Origin: Pseudovirgaria hyperparasitica
Taxonomy: Eukaryota
DNA: 64,000 nt
Assembly: GCA_010093815.1 (NCBI GenBank)
Contig: ML996566.1
Direction: 5' to 3' (one strand)
Shown: one piece after another, positions 13,438 through 25,843 of the stretch
Layout of the letters: each line of letters begins with the position of its first letter
Position numbering within the stretch: the stretch's first letter is position 1
Position numbers and translations under genes: made by a program
Notes under the pieces: generated by a model
The model's database searches: none
What the model was told of the DNA's origin: nothing
Seen by the model: the letters and a program-made list of their open reading frames with translations, nothing else

Positions 13438-14391
13438 ATGCCTACTGATGACAATGATGAGCTCGAAGGCCTTGAAAGAGAAGCCAAGGAATTCGATAAG
13501 GTACGTCAGCCCCTCTCCATTGAGCTGCCAGAGCATATCACACGAGTTGAGAAACCATGCTGACCATTTCAGGATGCAGAAATCGATCGTAAGCATTATT
13601 CTCTATACTACACTATCTAGTCTTCCCGCTACCGCGAACCAGTCTACGTCTGTAGGACGGCAGCGTGCTCTTAGATCATTTCCCCTTCCATATGCTACCC
13701 TCCCCTTTCCCCGTACCTGAAATATCCCGCGCCATGTCTCCAAATACTATGACAGCTAACACCCGCGAGCCTCGAGGGGCTCAACCATCCAACAGGTATT
13801 CTCAACGCATTCAAGCTCGATGCATACGCTGTTCTAGGTCTGCAACCGGGAATGCCGGAGTCCGACATCAAGAAGGTCTATCGCTCCAAGTCCCTTTTGA
13901 TCCATCCAGACAAGACGAAGAACCCCCGAGCTCCCGATGCGTTCGACCGATTGAAAAAGGCCTCGACGGAACTTTCCGACGAGAAGCATCGGACGCAACT
14001 TGACGAGGCCATCGCCGACGCACGTATGCTCCTAATGCGCGAGAAGAAGTGGGACAAAGACAACGAGGAGCTAAAGAGTGAAGAGTTTGCGCGTGAATGG
14101 CGCGACAAGACCCGTGAGGTGCTGATCGACGCAGAACTGCGCAGGCGCAAGCAGCTTAAGGCGCAAATGCAAGAGGAAGGTCGTGCGCAAAAGAAAGAAG
14201 ACGAGGAGTTGGCAGAGCGCAAAAGAAAGCGAGACCATGACCAAGCTTGGGAGGCCAGTCGTGAGAAGAGAATTGACAGTTGGCGGGATTTCAACAAGAA
14301 GGGCAAGCAAAACACTCCTGCGAAGGGCACTCCTGCAGCTGGCGGGGATGGTGGGGCTAAGAAGAAGAAGAAACTGAAAACACTTGGATGA
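13438..14391 (+). CDS. spf31: J-domain protein, DNAJC8/Spf31-like (introns 13501-13572 and 13589-13794)
   Basis: Spliced N-terminus MPTDDNDELE...KDAEIDRILNAFKLDAYAVLGL, HPD motif (LIHPDKTKNP), and WEASREKRIDSWRDF with a Lys-rich tail. Confidence 0.85.
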
Positions 14392-17300
14392 GGTGGGATG
14401 ATGGGATTTTCTTCGGTACTCAATGGAGCTTATTTACTGCGACACCGAGGGCATCTTGGTTGAGTATTTGCAATCCCGACCACCCCTGTGCATCGCATCA
14501 CACCACATTACCCCGAGTGCGTACAGCTTGGTCAAGGCCAGCAAGACGACCTCCTGTACATTTAGCCTGGTGGATGCAGGCTATGAAGCTTCACACGCTT
14601 AATCCTTCTGTGCCATACTACACACAATATTACGACACCTCTGAGCGCTAGGACTGTCTGGACCACAGTCTTGACTGTACCACGATATTCCATGCCACGA
14701 ACTCGATATCGTTGGATCCATCGCTGAAATCTGTTCCCGTCCGGTGACCGCCGGCCACTGACCGACCCACGATTACGTGCTGCATCAACGGCAGGAATTT
14801 AGGCACTTTCAGCAACAGCGGTGCATCCCATCGCTCCCCGTTTCCGAACCATCGACAAAGATCAGAGACCCAGGTTCAGATAAGCCTCAACGGGTCCAGA
14901 CTCGGCACTGCCCTCTAGGGTACCAATTGACCGCGAGGCGGGGAGCCAGAGACATTCCCTATACACAGCACAGGACACAGTGATCGTCACTGGATAATGG
15001 ATAATGGATCATGGTAAACACTGCGAAAGTGACAGTAATATTCAGTAGGCACAGATAGGAAGTTATTTCACTACAAATACTCAACAACTGAGGGGCACCA
15101 CACTATCTCAACCTCTGCATCTGTCATACGACCGCCCACCGATCCTCACACGAAGTACCCAAGCAGTCAATACATACTCACTAGCGCCATTTGTTTACAA
15201 ATCCCATCCTTCCCAGCGTCCTCACTTCAGCCTTCCCAGCTCCACAGTTCATCAGCCGCCAAAACCGCTCCCTTGAACAACCCAATTCTCCACCCATCCT
15301 CTACCAAGAGGTATGTTTCCTAGATATTTTACGTAAGGCGAGCTATAGCCTATAGTACTGGTGTCAGCAGTATCATAGACGTACCGCTGTGACGACTTTC
15401 TACCCTGCTGTCTCCTTACACTGGCGCTTCGACGCATCCACATTAAGCCTCGAACGAGCCTCAATGGTATCGCGATTGCGATAGGCGACCGTTCAAGGAG
15501 GCCCACAGTACCACAATGCAGTAAGCAGAGCTGGGCAGGGCTGGACAGGGCTGGCTAATCATCTCTGCTACCTCATGACCTCTTCCATCAAAGTACCCTC
15601 CCTCCCTCCATCCTCATCCTCTTGGTAGTATTGCCCTACCCGGCACGTTGGACCAATGGGAACAGTTCCGCCTCCCCAGTCCCCAACAGCAAACGCAATA
15701 AGTTGACACTTTGACAGCAAGCTAGGGCTTTGGTAAGGCAGGGCAAAGGGCAGAGAGGTAGGTGCAAAGACACTAGACAGGGTTCTCGGGTAGACTAGGC
15801 TTTAGTAGACCTCAGGAAGTCGTCACAGTAATAAGTGAAAGTAAATAAGCAAATCTGGATGGATGGATGGATGCTTCAAGGCATGTATGCCTTTCGAAGT
15901 GAGGCTGTCATTATGCGTCGTGGGTGCAGCCCGCGGCAAGAGGGTGGCCAGCAGCAGTCAATGTTGGGGACATGATTGCAGCCTGCATTATACGTACGTA
16001 TGTGGTATACGTACATAGACTACTATTTACGTACGTTACTTGCTACCACGTGACATGTCTGGAAAGAGCCAGCTGTCAGTCAGTCAGTCAATTATTAGTG
16101 AGTCAGCCAGCAAGCCGCGGGCATATCTCCGTGCTTGCGTGCGGCTTGGCGGTTCATGCACGATGAAAGGAAGATCGTACGTGTGGCGTGTGTTGGTGAT
16201 GGTGGTGCAGGGGCTAGGGGGAGGGGGGGGGGGGGGGGGAAAGGGAACATTAACCCTCGATCTGCGTTGCTGCGATCTGCGCCCTTGCATGCATGCAAAT
16301 GGATGTATTTTAATTTTTTTTCCCATTTGACAGGGCGCCCGGTCGCCTAGGCGCATCTTGACTTGACGCCGCGGAGGCATAGGCAAAAAAGTAGCGTGGG
16401 CAGCAGGATGTGGCGGTTCGAGAATGGGATCGTAGAATTGGTGTTTGGGTGTGTGTGTCTGTGAACGGGCAACTCGCATGTTTACGGCCCTTTTGTTTTC
16501 CCTAGAACTGGGAACTTATGCATGTTTCAAAGTGAGATTCCCTCTTTATTTTGATTCCTTAATTCCTTACGGGATGGCGTTCGGTGGTTCCTAACTTTTT
16601 TTATGGATTATCATTATGACCATCATCCTTTTGCCTGGTTCTGTTTGTTTGTATATTCGTGATCATGGAGCAGTGTATATCGCTGTATGCAGCAGTAGGG
16701 CAGATACAGCGTCGGGCATAGGGTCCCCCCAATATACTGGCTTGGTATTTGATGTCGTTCCGGCCGTAGAGATGGCTTACAGATGAAGGGATAGAGGGAG
16801 GGGGTTCGTTCTGAAGTGTACATAGTACGTGCCTCCTAACTCGTCTATAGCCATAGCTAGTAGTTGTTCTAAATCCCAATCGTCAGATCCGTGCATACCC
16901 GTACCCGTCTTTAGCAATACTCAACCGCTCAACTCGAACCATTGCTATGGGCCAGGTTGTGACGTCTAGCCTTGCGCGCCTGAAGCTATCGACACTGCTG
17001 TTTGTTCAAACAAGGACACAAATGCGCTCAGCCACTTCATGTAGGAATAGATTTTGTGATGGACAATAGTCATCAGTGATATAAATTATTCGTATCATAC
17101 AAACAAGCTTCGGCCCACGAAGTCGTGTATCATAAATTAGTACAATTGATTTTAGGGAACCAGACATATCCAAATGTACGCAGAACCAAATGTATCAAGC
17201 GCCGGGCTTCCAAGTCATATAATCGTAGTGCCAAAGACTACTACTTGCTACACCTCGCCTTTTACATGAAAATGAACATGGGAATCATGATGTAGCAAAA

Positions 17301-17490
17301 ACAATCAAAACAGTAAACCACTTGGGTGTAACGATAGACGTGAGCCTTGGGCCATTGCTGGATGGAAACCATTACCTCGTAAGATGAACGACAGTCGGAA
17401 GAGACATTTGAGGTACGTCCTCATAATTGGAGAGCCAAAAGTGCATGCGAAATTATGCACGAAATTACTGCGAATTCTCCTGAGCGATCT

Positions 17491-19701
17491 CTATTCCAAA
17501 ATCTCTCCGATATCAAGTCCACGCCTTTTTTCGCTCAGAGGAGACTCTTGGAGATGGTGGTGACCATAGCCATGTACAGGCATCTGTCCAGCACCCGTCA
17601 TGTCCGAAACACCGGGGGAGAGCATTGGTGGCGTGAGATTACCACGAAGGGGAGGTAATTGAATATTGTCAACAGTAGATACGTGGCGGTGGCCATGCAT
17701 AGATGACTCCATTGAAGGTGCCATGCGATTATCAGCTAGAGATGCCGATCTCGAGAAATTCGAGTATGAAGCACGCGAGGAAGCCGATGCTGGAGGCTGC
17801 ATCGAGGACATGTAACTTGATGCATCTGATCCAGAGCGTGACGCTGATGTGGGAGGCTGCATTGAAGACATGTAACTTGAGGCATCTGATCCAGAGCGTG
17901 GGGTGGGATTGAAGCCGAAGTGAGGACTCCGCATCGATGAGGTACTCGCTTGAGACATAGATCCGTTGTGGAAGCTGAACATAGGCGAGGACGAGTCTGA
18001 TGAAGCCGAAGGTGAGGGTGGGTTCTGCCCCCAAAAGTTGTATCGCATAGCCATTTGGTGCCCAGCTGAGGCAGGAGACTTTTCCTTTGCAGGAGGTGCC
18101 ATTTGACCACTGAATCCCTGTTGGAACATATGCTGGTTCTGCAATGGCCGAGTCGGCTGGAAACTCATGGCCACAAAGTAGCAGGAAGTCTTTGCCAACT
18201 TGACGCTCACTCGAAATGGTGTTGAGTATTGAGAAAGAGTCCAGTTATATGTTCTCTCTGTGAACCCTTGCGTGACCCTATCGAGATCGACATCCATGAT
18301 GGATTGAAGTGCGCCTTCCACGCCTCTGGGATCCATGGGTGCTAGATATGTGGGATCTCGGCTCTCGCGTTCGACCAACAACTCTTGTGACAAGCCCTGA
18401 AGGTCGTAATATAGAATGAATTCAGAAATCTTGCGTCCACGGACAGTACCACCGCCCAATTTGCCCTCGTAAAGACTCTCAAACATCGCGTTAGGCTTCA
18501 TGATGACAAGATCCATGTTGAGATAGACGATGGCTTTTGCGGGTTGATCAAAAGAGCTCCCAAATGGATATGAGTTAGTCGGGCTGACATGAGTTGAGAC
18601 TCCTGATGTCCCAGTGCCAGGCGAGCTCACGGGACTTTGGTATGTGCCAAAGCTGTCACCTGGCAGAAGGCGAGGGGCCAGCACGCCACCAAAAGAGTTA
18701 GAGCGTTGCTGGACGTCCTGATGATAATGCTGAGTCGAAGTATCTAACCTCGGAGGTAGAGGTCTTGAACTAGATGACGATGTCGAATGGCGCATCTTGT
18801 CCTTGTCGTCACGAAGTCGTGGCCTTCCTCGCTTCTTGTGAGGCACATCATGACAGTCCTGTTCCATGTGAGTCTCTGTTTTGACTGCAGCTATTCTTTA
18901 GAACGGCAAACTTACGATCTTGTTTGTTGTTATGCATCGGTTGCAAGGACGTTTGTCATCGCAACTCAGGTGAGCCTTCTTACAATGATTACATGCAGAT
19001 TTCACGTGTGCTTTTGTTACACGTGCAGGCTTGTGAGTTCTGACTGGCAGCTGTGGGATTGGTGTATGTTGAGGTGCTAGCTGGAGAGGCGCTCCAAAGT
19101 ACTGCGGCATGCTTTGCATTTGAGGGGGTTGGTGATAGCCATATTGATGATAGGTTTGTGGAGAGAAGTTCATTCCATTGTATGATTGAGGACCACCGAG
19201 GCGTGGTAGCGTCTGTTGATGACCATAGTGAATCTGCATCCTGGCAGCTGGAGAGGACCGTTCTGGTGTTCGTAGAATGGAAGTCCTGTGATGAGATGCA
19301 GGTGGCGTTTGTGGTAGAGGTGGAAGTGGAGGGAGCTGCGGCCTGTGATATGAAGACAGGTGCGACCTCGTTGCTTCTTCAGTGGTTCGTGAAAGCCGAC
19401 GTGCAGAACCTGCGTGTATTTCTAGGCGTATATGTTCTGCATGTCCTGTATCCTCCTCCCTGTTTTCCGGTACGCTTACAGCGGGCTGATCTCCTTTGGT
19501 TACCCCCTGTACTGTGAGTACACCAGGCTGACGCGGGGGTGTAATGTCAGACATGGGCGGAGATGGGTATGCTACTAAGTCTTCGGACTTTTTCAGGGAG
19601 GGTGTGTATGTGGGATACGCGTGATGTGAGGCCTGGCAGTCCCACACCCCAGTAGACGTAACCAAAGGAGTAAGTTGCGGAGAAAAGAGCCGTACATTCA
19701 T
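17491..19701 (-). CDS. Zn(II)2Cys6 transcription factor with a possible PAS-like middle region (intron 18859-18915)
   Basis: Spliced cluster ACNHCKKAHLSCDDKRPCNRCITTNKI|DCHDVPHKKRGRPR has all six Cys. Start is uncertain (19701 or MSDITPP near 19554). Confidence 0.85.
17792..17900. repeat. Two-copy intragenic repeat, period 60 bp (RSGSDASSYMSSMQPP twice)
   Basis: 17792-17840 and 17852-17900 differ at three positions. Confidence 0.9.
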
Positions 19702-22700
19702 TCTGTAGCTTCTCAACAACACAGTGTGCTAGCAGCACAAGGCGGTTGGAGCGCAGGGAACTCCGGTTCGAAGAGTGAACTGCGGTGCCCTTGGAGCTAG
19801 TTCCCTTTTCTGGTCCGTGGATACGTGCAGGGCTGTGGCTGGCACCGGAAGTCTACGAGGGGAAGATCGGAAAGTACTTGGCTGTATCAGGTCAGCGAAT
19901 CCGTACAGTTAATCGTGGACAAGATTATGAGAAGGGGAAAATTACTCGCGACAATTACGGACTTTGGTGGTTTATGCCAGTATTGGGAGGAAATTTTGCT
20001 TCAGATGAGGTATCGGACAATATCTTTTCGTCAATGCCTTTGTATCGAACGCTGAGCAAACAGTGCTGCAGTGTTTCAGAGGATGTCCACGTTTACAGAG
20101 CGGGTAGCAGCAGCAGACTACATATACACGAGTGTCTGCAAGCACAGACAAGGCGATGTGACTTCCAGTGGGGTGCGGCTGTATGAAGAGGGTGATGGAT
20201 GACTTTACGGAGGGGATCCTGTTTGCTCGACTGGCTTAACTCCGTGGATGTAAATCGGTATTTGGGGAGAAGCGAATGAATCTACATAACACTGTGCTAG
20301 ATCGGGAAAGCACGCGACGTAGTAAGAGTGATGGGAAAGGTCGTTGGGTGAGTAACAGTTTGGTGCAGCAACAATGTGTAAAGAATGGACCACGCCGGAG
20401 ATCATGAAAGTAGTCCAGTACGTAGAGTTGAGAATGGTATCTAGTGTACGTTGACAACGAGTAGACTAACAAAGCAGTAAGAAGGGTTCTGCATTGCACC
20501 ATCATCCCCTGCACACCTGCTGGTCTTTGCTCCCCCCCACGGTGGATCTGCGGCCTGCACCACGTACCCAGATAGTCTTCAGATGATGACATGACGGCCA
20601 GTCTGTGCCTTTGAGTCTGCGTCTGCCTGGTCCTGGTAGCATATCACGCATTACAAATGGACAGAGCATATCGATTTGATGATATGAGAGCTTCGATGGA
20701 TAGAGTCAAACTTGACCTGGCTATGACAAGTAACAAGTACTCATCATACATGACAGCAAAGCAAAGAAGACAACAGCAGAATCGGACGAAGATGGGAAGG
20801 GGGAGGGGGGGGGGGATGATCGGTGGAGCAGACAGCGGGAGTGGAGCTGCCCGATCTGCCTACGTTGATTACTATGAAGAGGCTAGTGTGAGTGTGAGAT
20901 GTGGTCATGGACATTCCGAGAGTGCCCATTGCTCGCCAGAAAAGCATCAATTAGTTAGCAGCGTAGCGTGCATCAAACACCCTTGGCCAGTGTTTGACAT
21001 GGATATTGAGATGGACATTGTGGTCAGCGTTATTAGCACCAGCATTGACGTTGACGTCGATATCGGCATGGAGATTGACATTGAAATTGACAACTGACAC
21101 TGACATTGACACTGACACTTGACAAGCACAAGCTTATGATTGCTAGGGCCGATCCAGCTGCAACGTGCCAGGAGTTCACTCATTGTCACTCTAGAGGACC
21201 GGGAGTCTAGAGTCTAGTCCATACTATTACTACTACTGTAACAGCAGCCTGTCAATGAAGTCAATTCGATAGGCCCTAACCTACTGAGGAACGACAGCGG
21301 CGCCCTCTCACGCTTGTGAATAGCGTCCCAAGTCTTCCGGATTGGTGTTAGTGTGTTGACACTGGCTCTAACGTTAATGGATTCATTAGTCTGTCCGAAT
21401 GGCCGACGCCGACATTTGCAAACATCCATGCAATCGTGCTGAACTGTACTGCACGTACCCCGCGTGACATGTCCTTCCATGCCTTTTCCCAGTCTTTATC
21501 TAATTATCAATGCCGCCGTTGTGGCCATGAGGAGTCTTCACCCGGGCGCTCACTCTGCGTACTACGACTACTATGTCGTCGAGACTGTGAGATCCCGCTG
21601 TCAGAGCGGATGCGGTGCACAGTGGCAGCACAGAAGGGTCTGCGGGAGCCTTTTGCTTTTCCATGCCCCCAGTGCTGGCGCTTCGGACGAAGCCAACCAC
21701 CATCGTTGCCACTATTACTCTCTGATTATACAATGCAGGTCTTACGCTTCTTCATCAGCACAGATTCATCGCTCAAGTCTGGTGTGGCGTTCGATGGCAT
21801 CCCTCGCGGGGACCGCGACCAGCCTAGACTAATTAACCTCATGGTAGACCAGCCTGAACATTTGTTTTGGTCTTCGAGGTGCCTCACCCAGGAACGCTTT
21901 ACGCGCCCAGTTCAGGGTTGTCATCGTGGCGTCGACTTCTCCAGACCCTCCGCTACCGATGTCTTTGACGACCTCTCATCAGAGCTTCCGGTTGAGACTC
22001 CGCTATCACGAGGGACGGCGGCAGTCTCGTTCAAGCTGTCAAGCCACAGCAACCTTCACAGCCATCTCTGTGGGGCTGGAGTCGTGAATTTCTCATGGCG
22101 CAGTTTCGCTTGGAATTAGATCCTCTAATCTTGATGGAGTTAGTCGACTCTTCCGTGGCGCATATCACCCATCCATCGTCCCAGTTCAATTGACGCTTGG
22201 TGTTTGTTATACAGTAGGAATGTAAGCGTTCCGTTGGTAAGCCACAAGAATTCAGCTTGGATAGTTGGATGGTACCGTCCTCTATCGTGCATCTTTGACT
22301 TTATTCTTTGGCAGAGGCTTCCGCAAAGAGCGTGAAAAGCATGAAATAACCGTGCGATGTGCCGGTGTTTGCATGAACACCAGAGATACAACCAGGCTTG
22401 AGAAAGGTATGCTGGCTGAGTACTCCTGCTTCGTACTTAGGTCAAGGAGTGTATCGTAAATATGGTCAGTCACAGAGTGTACAGCTGAGTTAGGCCATGT
22501 AGACGGTCAGCTTCGCATTGTCCAGATTCATGAAAACAGGAAATCGCGATTGCATAGCATCTCGTTTGCTGGTGCTGCTCTCGACCCCAGCGGCCGTCCT
22601 ACGAGAAACTATTACGAGATTTCAAGTCTAATGTAGTCCATGATCTGAGGCATGCCGGCTTGGCTTTGGCTCGTTTCTACTCTCAGCTGAATCAAGTTAA

Positions 22701-25700
22701 AGCTGTTTTTGGTTCGCGGGCGGCTGATAGACGGCGAGTGTAACTAACTGCCTCGTACTTGAGCCGGGGAAAGGGACAGGCGGTAACTCTAGAGCATTTT
22801 GAGATCGTTCAGGTGGTGATCTGGGGTCGCCGAGCCGTTGAAAAGTCCGAGAGACGGGCGCGGGAGCGATGAGATCCAGGGATCCGCATCTCAGACTAAC
22901 TTTAGATGGTCATATAGCCGTGTATAGCTATAGCATTGGCACCCATGGCAAAACTGGGACGAAAGAGATTTCGCAGCCATCAAGCGTGTGTTGGTGTAAG
23001 CGAGTGTGTGATTCGCAATGAGTCTCTCCTGTGATTCGCAAAGAGGCTCCTGGTACAACGGCGCTGCCACAGGCTACTGACCCGTAAAGAAGGGCGTTCA
23101 AGCGATGCGTATCTTCCGAAGTCAAACGCCGTGTTGCGTACGTATAATTAGGTATTATCGGTATGATGACCTCGATACTGTAAGTCTTTACCTGGAACCT
23201 GGTAGCATACATGGGTGATGGAAATGTCCGACGCGCGTGCGGACGGCAACAAGCTCCGACCCGGGAGATAGGAGCAAGGTAAGGTTATCGTATCGGGCTT
23301 TATTACTGGTATGTCTTCCCAGCTTGTACAGCCTAACAAAGGTCCATTGCAAAGTGGCTGAACGGCTGAAAGGACAAGGGCAGAGGAACGAAGAGAGCAG
23401 TCCTGTGTCGAACGTCGCGTTGGATCGATCGATGGTGCGCGCTCAGCTGGCGCTGATGCGGATACTGATTCTGGTACTGGTACTGGTCCTGGTACCGTTG
23501 ATCCAAGATGCCCAGACGATAGAAGGACAAGGCGTCATAGACGTGAGGTACTATTACTCTGGATGGGACTTGGCGAGGTATCGAGTACCTATCCCTATGT
23601 CTAGACCCACGACTCTTTGCTTGCTGGAAACTTGAGGTGAGGGCATGGATAGTGCATTTTTACGGAGTTGGTCCGTGATGATAGGACTTCTTAGGACTCC
23701 TAGAGAGAGAGAGAGGGGGGGGGGGGCGGTTACATGCAACGCAGTATTAGGTACGTACCTAGTTAGCCACGCCAGGCGCTCAGCTGCGACCACCAAAAGG
23801 TTCACATCTCCCTCCATCCATTCCAAATTTTGGCTGCACACCACACACACCACCATAAAGTGAGGCTATCGAGATCGCGATTTAAACCTTCAGACTTTTA
23901 TCATTGCCATGATTAGTCGTTTTGCAAATCACATCTATGTTTGCTGTGCAGGACCGCACGCGCAGCAGGTCTTGCTTACATTCGAGACACCTCCAGGGAC
24001 ATCGGTAGGCAGGTTCACATAATGTTTTGTGTATGCAATGGTGCAAAACGCATGGATGAATTCTGAATTTTTGTTTATGTCGTCCTGGAGCACATGACAC
24101 ATGTACATATTCGGTTCATTCCGGATGTGCGCAAGGACTCAGCCTGCAGGGGAGTATAATCGACTCTTTCTGCGCCATGCATGACAGAGGAGACAAGGGA
24201 GGTTCCGCTGTCAAACTCGCATGCCGTATCGTGACGACAGGAGTGCATGTCCTGGGTCATTAGACTCGCATTGGTATATCCTACCCCTACCCTCGCAATG
24301 TTGCACGCAGCCTGGAGTCTTGCACCTAAGTATATACTGATTAGTGGCTACTTCGGCATGAACGTCTTCAGGACTCGGGGGCTCTGGAAACCGAACCCTC
24401 TCTTTATCAGGTAATCAGGTCATGTTGCGCCACAGGCGCCTATGTCTTTGTACTCGTCGCTTAGCTTGACTGCTCATTCCCTTCATATGTAGGGTCAGCT
24501 TGCTTTATTCGGCGACTTAGATACGCAAAACCACCAATGTTGATCTAAGCGCTGATTGCGACCCAAAGTCAAATGTGTGAATGGTAATGCCTACAATACC
24601 TCGGTAAAGGAAGCCTTGAGGAATAGAGTTCTGTTATGTGTAATGCTGTAGCCGCGACATGTATGTATTACAGCAATAATGCACTGCCCAGGATAGGAAA
24701 ACCTTGCTTGAGCTAAAAGTTACAAGGGATTGCAAGTAGACAGACATCCATATGTAAGAACCTATCATTAGCGTGCTATACCATTCATCAAAAAAATTGT
24801 TTGTAGCTACAATCATAGCACGATGTAACCATCGGTATATTACGTAGCGCTTGGTAACTTGAAAGGTGCAGAATTCTCGTATTCTTCTCGAGAAATGGTC
24901 GGTCAAAGAATAGATAGTGTATTGACTAGTCGCTGGAGGTTCCGATGATATTGATGCGCGCTAAAAGCTGAGAAGGTATCTACTATATGGTCCATAACAT
25001 GAATACCTATTGCGATGTCTTCGGGAAGTGAAGTACAATCTTCTTATAGCTTTACTTATACAACGCCTTCGAGTTCCATGCTCCCTCGGAAGATTTTCCA
25101 GCAGGCGCAGGGAACAACAGGGAACAGGGAACAGGGAACTTGAAGCTGTTCCCTCGTTCCAGGGTCGCGGTTCTGGGTCTGGGGCCGTTGTGGGCAAACA
25201 TCGGGTGCTTTTCGCCATACTTCCATCCGGAGACGGTCTAATCTATCCGATGGCGTTTCCAGAAGGACGCGCAATAAATTATCCTCGCTATGCTTCCCAA
25301 GTCGTCGGTATCGGACTCCATAGCCTCAGGCCTGTTTTCGGAAGAGCGACAGCTGTGGGCACTTATGTCTTCTCGGCAAATGGCTGTGAGAACAAGATCG
25401 CTTGCTGGCCTGCTCTGTGCTTATAGTAGGTTGAATGATGGATAACCTATCTATATATCGTCGGAAATCCCGCCATTGTAAGGGAACTGGTCACAGTCAT
25501 CACACTGCCACGGACAGTCTTCCGCCATCTGACTTTCTTGCACTCTACATCCTTACTACCTAGATAGGTATTAGCTTACTTGTCTAGACCCGATCCGGCC
25601 ACGCTATTCCCATCTGGGTTGCGATGCAACCATAAGGGGATGGCGAAGAACTCAGGCTCATGCCTCCGGTGGAGAAGGCGCATTCCCACGCTCTATAGCA

Positions 25701-25843
25701 AGCGCCTTCCTTGTTCGGGTCAAAGTGTATTTCATTTCTGATATTGATTCATCTCCTGGAATATTAATCAGAATAATATCAATAGCTGGATAATTCTAGC
25801 CTTCGTGATATCTGTGCATACCGCACGTATCGTCAAGCCACCG

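Noticed and set aside
21436..22119. 227-aa ORF in the long intergenic region
   Set aside because: No recognisable motif or codon bias; composition looks like random sequence.
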